This document shows positions 55,216 through 64,000 of a stretch of 64,000 nt of DNA, one piece after another. The first letter of the stretch is position 1; every line of letters begins with the position of its first letter. A program made the translations under genes and the position numbers. This DNA is from Ptychomitrium polyphyllum (taxonomy: Eukaryota). The stretch covers positions 18,600,001-18,664,000 of the forward strand of contig OZ316775.1 of assembly GCA_973851085.1 (NCBI GenBank), in the 5' to 3' direction. Below the pieces are notes generated by a model, which worked only from the letters and a program-made list of their open reading frames with translations, had not been told where the DNA came from and ran no database searches.

Positions 55216-56080
55216 TGAACTATGAGATAAAAGGATGGAAAAATGAGAAAGAATAGATTCATATTGATGAAATATATCATGGATTATAGGAGAGTAAGGA
55301 TGCTTTTCAAGGATTTAGTTTGCTGAAATGTATTTGGGAGGTAAATGCAAAGAGATCTATGGATGTTAAAGAGCTACTTTATAGTGGAACCAGAGTTTTG
55401 GCTCATTCACTATGTGTGAGAAATAATGTGCATGGAGGAAATTACAAGGCCTCGATGTTTGCGGTGGGTGATAAATTGGGTGGTCAAGTCTGATCATCCA
55501 CACATTCAAGTGACAATTACCTTCTCCAGAACGAACAACATGTCCTTCTTCAAGGCGTTATGAACTCAGGTAGGAGCATTTCACTTTGCAGGTATGCCAG
55601 CAACTCCAAAGCTGCTAAGGATCCTTGTGAAGGGTGTTGCTAACTTCGTAACCCTGATGATGATCAGTGCCAGGATTAGGTTTACTGTTTGAGGATTCTG
55701 AACTCGGGTGGCGATGTCGTCAACTGATGATCTTTGTTTGACGCTGTGCGATCACATGGTATGGAGGTTACCAAAAGGCAGCGACGGTTGTTACTTTGAG
55801 CAATTAAAATGCTTGCGAATCAGCTGGGAAGTGCCATGTTTATATGGCCTTGCCCTTATGCAGTGAAGTGTAAACCTGAAGTAGACGACGTCGGTTTTAG
55901 GTGCGATGACATCGGAGGTGCAGGTGACGGTTCTGGGTGAGTGACGGTTTTGTTTCACACAAGCCATGGCCAGGGGTTTAGTTTGTATTCTTTCCTTGGC
56001 CATGGCCGTTTGTTTTCGTCGCCGTAGCAAGTCATGAGCTGGTCGCTCACACTCCAAGCCGCTCCATCTTCTTCACTGCG

Positions 56081-58331
56081 ATGGTGAAGCTTCTCTACGA
56101 CTTTTCCCACTTATCCCATCTATTTCACAAGTCAAATCAGCTCTTTACATAACTACCTCTGCATTCATTCATTGCGGCTTGCTTTAGAGGTATGGAGCTT
56201 TACGGTGTCGTAATGTATTTACGGTGATAAAATTTTCGTGGTGTGAGTAGAAGTTAGGGTTTGAATTGGTGTATGATCGAAATTGGTGTGTGATCGTTTG
56301 AGTTGATCTGCTGTGGGAACCGGAGGACTGTTGATCGGTTGGTTTCTTGAGGTTTTTCGTTTGGAGTGTTGATGATCGTCTGCTTCAGTTGTTTGCTGCT
56401 GTCTCGATGGGAGGGGTTTTGTGGGCTGAGTTGCATGAATTGATCAATTGAGCTACCTCTGAGTTTGGTTGCTGGTTCTCCTTACTGGGGACTTTGAATT
56501 CTGCAACCCTACTCGTTTGGGCAAACTTGTTCCGAGGAATTTAGAGCCTCTTGAATGGTTTGGACTGTCTACTGATTGTGAGTACAGAGTATCTGGCCTC
56601 TCCTTCTTCTTGAGTCTCTCCTTTCAACTATTGCAACTTGGAAAATGGCTGCGTAGGCAAATTTATTTTGGATCTGTGCTTCGAGTCTGTGGAAATGAAG
56701 TAAGCAGTTGTAGAATGGACATAATTTTGCTTTGAGGCCTAGGAGTATCTTTGAAGTCTACTTATATTTGTGTGGTTTGATTATGGCTAGGCGGAAGGGG
56801 AGCAGTATTCGCATCCTTTGGTTTCCTTTTTCAGTGTGGTGTTTAAGGTATGATATCTCAAGATAGAATGTTTACGATTTAATATGGTACTCATGTTCAG
56901 CGTTCTGTGGATAGTAGTAGCATAATCCTAAATGCCCTGACAGCATAATCCTGTTTGTCATGCAGTTTTTAGCGATCGGGTTTTACGTACTGTGTTCGTT
57001 GGTCATAGACAATTTTGTCATTCACTTCGTCGTCACGATTTTGTTAGTCGCACTGGATTTCTGGACCGTGAAGAATGTGAGTGGGAGATTGTTAGTGGGG
57101 CTCCGATGGTGGAACGACATCAATGAGGAAGGTGAAAGCGTGTGGCACTTTGAATCTCTCGATCAGCAGGTTTTCCTCCTCAACATTGCTTGAGTGTGCT
57201 TTGTACGACGCAAGCAGACATTATTGGGAGATTGACTCTTGTTTAACAGAGAACTAGTGAGAGTTGTCCTGCTAGAGTATTTTGATGGATACTTAATGTT
57301 TCAGGGAAGTGTTGAAGCTTTACATTGCGTTGATTCAAAAAATTAGAGTTACGCAGTTTGAACGGGATCGTGATACTATAAGGATTGTTCACGATAATTA
57401 CAAAAAGACACATATAATGAGTGGAGCGTGGTTCTTTGCGATGTGATGCAGAGTTTGATGACTCTCAGCAAGAAAGACTCCTGGTTGTTCTGGTGGTCAT
57501 TGTACCTCTCGGTATAACTTCGCTACCAACTCTATGTGCTTTTAGTCTTCTTTTACTCACTTAAGGTTCGTGTTGTAGTTTGTATAGTAGCAGACAACCG
57601 TTCTCCTTGCTTTGAAATTATATGCCCATTGCATGTATGTGAATACATGTCCAGTGATTTGTTGCAGATCCTTTTCTTGAAATATCTAGCTCAATGCCGC
57701 TTCCCTGAAGTCTCAACTTGTCATAGCACAAAAACATATACAGCTCAGTGGTAGCTCAGATATAGCACACCTGTTGTTAATGTACTCATTGCTATCATCA
57801 TCCTGAACTTGTTCTTACATTTCTTGATGAATATGACTTTGCATGTATTATGGGTGTATGACAGCCTGTTATATGGTTAGGCCTTGGTCTAATTGCCATT
57901 GTCAAGTTCAACTTTGACTACCTCCTAGTGGTGGTGGTTGCTCTTGTGCTCAACATTGCCAATATCATAGGCTTCACTAGATGTCAGAAAGGTACAACAT
58001 GTTCCACTTTGGTTGGCTAGTGATTTCCTAGTCGTTATTTATTTAGCAATGATAAGTCTTGTGGGAGATCGTTGAGATCTAGGTCTATACTTCATAATAG
58101 CAGCTTTGCTTGATTCATGATTGTATTTCTCTAAATTGAGCGGGTTGAGTTTACATTTGGAATGGAAGGGTACATGGATAGTCCTTGTCAACTCTGTTCA
58201 GTTCCTGGCATCAATTGAATGACTTCTCTTCATTGCCTTTCTTAGATGCCAAGAAGCAGGTTGAGGACTTTGCACGGCAAACAGTTGGCTCACGGGTGGC
58301 GAGTTCTCTACAATCGGTTTTTAGTGTGTGA
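56081..58331 (+). CDS. ECH: Golgi/TGN membrane protein ECHIDNA (TVP23 family), ~178 aa
   Basis: Exons 56081-56083 (ATG only, inferred), 56791-56847, 56966-57169, 57452-57511, 57865-57991, 58246-58331. Signature LDFWTVKNVSGRLLVGLRWWNDINEEGESVWHFES, plus KKDSWLFWWSLY and NIANIIGFTRC. Confidence 0.92.
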
Positions 58332-58995
58332 TACAATGTATTTCGAGCTCATGGTCCTTACGTAGATGCACTTTGCAGTGATGTACAAAGATATAGGGAA
58401 AACCAAACATAGTACTTCTAAGCTTCAAGTCCTGGTCCGCAGATTGATGTGGTAGCTTATCATCAGTCCTGTAAATTCTGAACTTTAATCCTTTTGTTAG
58501 TGCAGATGCAACTGAGTCGTGCCTGCAATGAGACGTTTGAAGACAATGATGTATACAGAATCTACAATGCACGGTATTTTTAAAATAACTCTCATATAGC
58601 CTAGTCTTCATGAAGATTGCATGTTCATTTGTAGATATGCGTGAGTGGCTACGTGCTAATAATAAGCCCCTGCCGTCGAAGTTCTAAAGCTCTTGACATC
58701 CAATCATTCCCACGTTCAAATAAAACAACAAGAAGTTAATCTGCAGAAACGACATCGCCATTGTAGAAGAAAACAAGCGCAAATGGGCGAAGAACGCGGG
58801 TTCCGTTCCCTGCCGTTCCCTCCAACTCCTGTTCTGTCGGCGTCCCAATCTCGCCCCTGTTGCAGAGACCCGGACCCCAGCTAGGTGACCAAAGCAAAGT
58901 AACCTCAGCAAACGCCGGTGAAGCCACCCGCGCCAAAAACGCCTGGGCAAGGCCCGAAGTTAGGAATGTTCTCCGTTGGATGCAATACCTACCCA

Positions 58996-59224
58996 AGCAT
59001 CCCTGAGTATAAAACTAGTATCACAGCAGTATCACACAAGTATCACCTATATATAACTTGAAAAGTAAAGGCCTCTTGCGCGTCACGAGAACGTCAGCAC
59101 CAACTTTGTATCACCCAGACATCACATTTGTATCCCTGAGTGTCAACTGCGTGTCCCATTAGTATCTGTAGTATATCCCGGGTGTAGCATCCGTATCGCC
59201 CAAGTATTATCTAGGTTTCAACCG
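58996..59224 (-). repeat. 10-11-bp-phased AGTATCAC motif array upstream of the CDPK gene
   Basis: Units on + start at 58996, 59006, 59017, 59028, 59039 (agtatcacagc/agtatcacaca/agtatcaccta), then 59107, 59118, 59129, 59139, 59150, 59161, 59181, 59192, 59203, 59214. This is the reverse complement of the unit at 11.7 and 26.9 kb. Confidence 0.8.
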
Positions 59225-59829
59225 AAGGTCACGTTGCGAAAGGGACTATGGTTAGTAAGGAAGGCTGGCGATGGAGATGGGGTTTCGTTGTGTTGTTTTG
59301 CTCGAGCTGGGGAGGTCAGCGAGGCTGACGACGATGGCAGCAAAGCGTGGTGGCTTTGCACGGCCAGGACATCAAGTGTGAACTCCGTGATCGTCCGGTC
59401 AATTTTTGTACTCCGGCATACCTCTCTTTGTGACGATCACTCTCGCTTTGGTCGTTTTCTGCCTGATTTTAAGCTTCGAAGGACTCTTGATGAGATAGTT
59501 CAGGGAAGTGGAGGTTGAAGATTATCTCCTTTTGTAGGCGGATGTAGCGCCATTGTTTGGTTAGCGGTTAAAGTACCTAAGGTTGGTGGCTTTTGAAGCG
59601 CCTTCGTTGGAGTGAATCTTCGGATTTCTAGTTCGTTTATGAGTTTTGACGAAGGCAAGAGAATGGCGCTCGTTCTGCACCTGACTGATCGGGGATGTGA
59701 GAGGGATACCTATGTTGGTCGGTGTAAGCTTTACGTGGCTGCGGATTTTGACCAGTTTGATAATGGTAAGTGAGGTTTAGTCGGTAAACTTGATCGCGGC
59801 GGAGTGAAAGTTTTGGCGAGTGGCGTACG

Positions 59830-62800
59830 ATGGGAGGTTGTTGTTCTAGAAGTCCAGTGGTTGAGGACCGGCAGGAGGAGAAGCAGAAGCCGGCTGTTAG
59901 AGCAGATTTCAATGGAAAAGAGAAAGCGGCAGGCTCCAATAGTAATGCGAACGGGGCGAGGGAGCAGCCTGCGAGAAGGACAGAGCCTGCTGCGAAGAAG
60001 CAGACTCCGGAGCGCAAGCAATCGAGGATCACGGCGGCGAATCTGAAAGATAACCAGAGTCATTCGCAGCCTCTGGGGAAGCGGACTAACTTCGGTTACG
60101 ATAGAGATTTCAAGGAGAAATACACGCTTGGGAAGCTTCTTGGTCATGGCCAGTTTGGCTACACTTACGTTGCCATTGAGAAGAGCACTGGGAATAAAGC
60201 TGCTGCCAAGTGTATTGAGAAGAAGCAGGTACATAAACCGTTTTATTGAGTGGTTCTGTTCTTGTTAATCCTAGTCTTCGCGGATTGCAGTGAGTGTCCA
60301 CTGAGATTTTCGACAATGCCTGCAACTATTTCTGTATGATCAAATACTTTGAGACAGATACTTCTGCAATTGAGATCTTGATATCTAAAGACTTAAAGTT
60401 CTAATGCTCGAGTTGCATTATGGTTTTTAAAGATGTCATAGGAATGAATTTATGCTATCTGAGCGTCCCTCTTTACATTCGAATATTGAGGTTGTGTTTG
60501 TTCATATCTTTAGAGCTTGAAGAAGGTAACCTTGAGTAAGAACGTCTTTGCCAGGTCTTACTTGGCGTTTTTTTGGTGCGTTGATACAGATGACTCTTCC
60601 AATTTCTGTGGAAGATGTTAAGCGCGAAGTTAGGATCTTACGGACCTTATCCGGACATGAGAATGTCGTACAATTCTACGCTGCTTTTGAAGATGACGAT
60701 CTGGTTTACATTGTTATGGAGTAAGCACTCTTTACTGCTGATTTAACCATTCTACAAAAGAGGGCGCATGCTGTGCTAGATAACTGACCTAGGGTTTATG
60801 GAAGTGAATGTTGTGAAGCACTAGAGAACTCATCGATCAATCAATCAATCAGTTCCGCAGACACTGTACTTTCTCTTTGGAGACTAGCGAGCGTTTATGG
60901 CGAATTTCTCTGGTTTGAGTACTCTTTGCTGCTTCCTGTAATGCATGCACCAGATCGTATATTTTGTTTGATTAGGCCAGCTCTTGATCAGCTGTGTCTC
61001 CCCGTCAAGGAAGACAACTTCAGGTTCAGGACGTGTTCTTTAATATTATGGTCGTGATTTTCGTCTCGTGATCAGATTGTGTGAAGGCGGAGAACTTCTT
61101 GATCGGATTCTAGCCAAGTAAAGTTACACTTCCCTTTTTCCCTGAATACGAGATGGCTTTTTTAGGTTGTTAGGTAGCGTCGTTTTAAGAGCAATAACCG
61201 TCTTTGCTTCAAACTGTAGCGTATTTGCTGCATCTTGTAATGCATACACTAGAACGTGTATCTTGTTTGTTTAAGCTTCGTATGCTCTCAGATTCGTGTC
61301 AGCACTTCGGTTCGGTGATATGGACACGAAAAGGAATCCATTGTTGATAAAGATCAGCTCTGAGACACTGCTTTTGTATGAACCTTTATTTGCAGGAAAG
61401 ACAGCCGATATTCAGAGAAGGATGCTGCAAGAATCGTGAGGCAGATGCTCAACGTTGCTGCGCGATGTCATCTGAATGGCGTTGTCCATCGCGATATGAA
61501 ACCTGAGGTATCTTTTTTACTGGTGAACCGATGTGCTGGAACAACTGCGCAAACATAAGTGAGATTACATTGTGGTTTATCATCTATTCAAAACAGCACA
61601 ATGTATTTACCCCAAAGAGTACGATGCAGAATTTCTTATTTAGATCTTCGAAAGACGATTCACCATTGAAGGCCACCGATTTTGGACTATCAGATTACAT
61701 CAAGCCAGGTGCGTTGACGTTGAAGGAGGTCGCTGCCTCTTGGCTTGGTTTTTGAAGAAATGCTGTTGTTCTTTGTGCTGCGTTTGCTGTCTGTTTGTAT
61801 ATGAGTTTGTACTAACAGGTACTAGTTCCTGTATATGAGTTTGTTTTAAGAACTGCGAAGTCTCTTTATTTTGGAAGGAGTTCCTCATTGTGACCAGGAA
61901 TTCTTCCAGCCTTGAACATTCCAATTCCAGAAACTCTACAACTCTAACCTACCTTTATGACCATGTCACGGTGACAGGCAAACGATTTCGAGATGTGGTT
62001 GGGAGCGCTTATTATGTGGCACCAGAGGTGTTAAACAGGAAATCTGGTCCAGAATCAGATGTGTGGAGCATCGGAGTTATAACTTACATTCTGCTGTGTG
62101 GAAGGCGTCCATTCTGGGATAAGACGGAAGCTGGCATATTCAATGAGGTATTTGCGGGGGATCATGTGTAAGACCTTCTAGTTAATAAAATGTGCAAATT
62201 ATGCTAGTCAGATCAGGTCGAATGTGTCCACTGAAGAAAATTTGCTCATTTTTTCTTGATGAAGATCATCTTTTTTCTACTTTTTTTTACTTTCTTAACG
62301 TGGAATTTGCGACAGGTTTTGAAGAAGAAACCGGATTTCCGTGAAAAGCCATGGCCATCAATAACCTCCAGCGCTCAGGATTTTGTGAAGAAACTGTTGG
62401 TCAAGGATCCACATATGAGACTAACTGCCGCCCAAGCCTTGTGTACGCCACTCAATTTATTGTGCTAATCACTGTGCATATGCGGCCACTTGCCTAGCAA
62501 TCCGATGTTTCTATCCGATTTCGGTAGGAGTTTTGGATCAAACTAAGCCTTACGAAAAATGATGAACAACATGCATGAGTATTGAGCTTTCTGCATCGTG
62601 AAAGTACCTGAACTGTAGTTAACTCTTTTGATGTTGTTTGCGGGTGCAGCTCATCCATGGGTTAAGGAAGGAGGAGATGCCTCTGATATGCCTCTAGACA
62701 TTTCAGTACTTTCAAATATGCGCGAGTTTGTGAAGTATTCACGTCTGAAGCAGTTGGCCCTAAGGGTAAGATGGTCCGTTGTGCTGAAATTGCCATCAAA

Positions 62801-63829
62801 TCTTCAGTTTTAAGATTGATAGTTAGCAGCTACAAAGATATTTGTTTCTTTCAGGGCAACCTTGTGGGCTGCTTGCACTAGCATCGTCAATAGTGTAGTT
62901 GAGGCTTGCATGTTTCGTTGCAATACGTTCACGTTTGGACTGTTGTTTGAAGGCACTGGCAAGCACTCTGGAGCCAGAGGAGATTCGTGACCTGCGTGAC
63001 CAATTTGATGCAATGGATGTCGATAGGAACGGCACCATTACTCTAGAAGAAATTAGACATGTACGATTGAACATTTTGGCGTTCATGTATTCAAGATGTA
63101 TTCCGGTTCGTTTAGTCTCGAATGTTTCTTTAATTTTGGTTGTTTTCGTCGATTCTATCTTCCCTCCGTATTAATGTTTGGTCCTTGCGCAACGCAGGCG
63201 CTTCAAAAGGATAGGCCGTGGGCAGTGAAGGAGTCCCGGGTATTGGAGATTCTTCAAGCGGTACGAGATTTGCAAGTTTTTGGGTTGTACGACATGGGCT
63301 GCTTTTTATCTCTTCAAATCCAGCAATTGATAACAAACCGTTGCCTGGCTTTTATTCTCACAAAGAACCCCGTTTTCACTCATTGTGAGTTGGGCCTCTG
63401 GGTTGACAGATGGATAGCAATGCGGATGGGATGGTGGACTTCGATGAGTTTGTTGCAGCAACCCTGCATGTCCATCAGCTCGAGCAGACCAATACCACCA
63501 AATGGCAGCAACGATCTAAGGCTGCATTTTCTAAGTTTGATGTGGATGGAGACGGCTTCATCACGGCTAGTGAGCTTAAAATTGTAAGAACAGACTTTAC
63601 GAATTGTTGCTTTAAATCCATATTATGTTTCCTTATTCAGTTTTCTCATTACGTCCACCTGCTGTCAAAAATTCAGGCAACAGGGCTCAAGGGCTCAATA
63701 GAGACGCTTTTAGACGAGGCGGATACAGATGGAGACGGGCGGATAAGCCTACCCGAGTTTCAGAAGCTCTTACATCAGGCTAGCTTTGGATCCCGTACCA
63801 ACACTGAAATCAACCGGCAACGCAAGTGA
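59830..63829 (+). CDS. CPK28: Calcium-dependent protein kinase, group IV (CPK16/18/28-like), ~557 aa
   Basis: 12 exons: 59830-60228, 60590-60720, 61076-61117, 61396-61507, 61630-61708, 61978-62147, 62316-62442, 62650-62765, 62953-63060, 63198-63260, 63410-63583, 63677-63829. MGGCCS acylation site, GKRTNFGY...[26 protein letters not shown], junction [19 protein letters not shown] and four EF hands. The symbol marks the clade, not proven orthology. Confidence 0.95.
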
Positions 63830-64000
63830 CCGTCAGCAATTGGTGTCAGTTTGGTACGAATTACCGATTATTATGGAAGTATAGACCCAGACCCTATCCA
63901 TCTATATATAGTCATACATTGAGCCGGAGATTGAGATGATATGACCCTCTTTCCTTACCTTACAGTTTGTTGGCATGCCGTTTGAGACAGACGCGTTGTG

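Noticed and set aside
55440..55740. Coding-like patch upstream of ECHIDNA (e.g. VHNALKKDMLFVLEK on -)
   Set aside because: Stops interrupt the frames I read and I recognise no family, so a pseudogene call cannot be supported.
58996..59224. CRISPR-like interpretation of the short repeat arrays
   Set aside because: Units are only about 11 bp with 3-6 variable bases, there are no 25-45 bp spacers or cas genes, and the context is eukaryotic.
19383..63829. Functional cluster of secretion/cell-wall genes (GT47, LRR, unc-13-like, ECHIDNA, CPK)
   Set aside because: These are common plant families with no evidence of co-regulation, and chance adjacency is sufficient.

Overview
Eukaryotic nuclear DNA from a land plant. 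Short GT-AG introns, the gene families present and AT-rich decayed spacers suggest a bryophyte or moss-like genome (inference). I assembled nine protein-coding genes by hand from splice sites and reading-frame phase: an orphan secreted protein (-), an AIR1-like CCHC zinc-knuckle protein (+), a GT47/exostosin glycosyltransferase (+), a DUF220/SRPBCC-like protein (-), a ~1937-aa coiled-coil protein of unknown family (-), a secreted LRR protein of PGIP/DRT100 type (+), a DUF810/unc-13-like protein (+), ECHIDNA/TVP23 (+) and a CPK28-group calcium-dependent protein kinase (+). Intergenic blocks look like methylation-eroded transposon remains. The most unusual signal is non-coding: degenerate arrays of one 11-bp unit (consensus NNNGTGATACT / AGTATCACNNN), spaced about one helical turn apart, lie upstream of three unrelated genes (about 11.7, 26.9 and 59.1 kb). 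A second 11-bp fold-back array lies at about 30.4 kb. No rRNA, tRNA or CRISPR array was recognised. All exon coordinates are manual and unconfirmed by transcripts.
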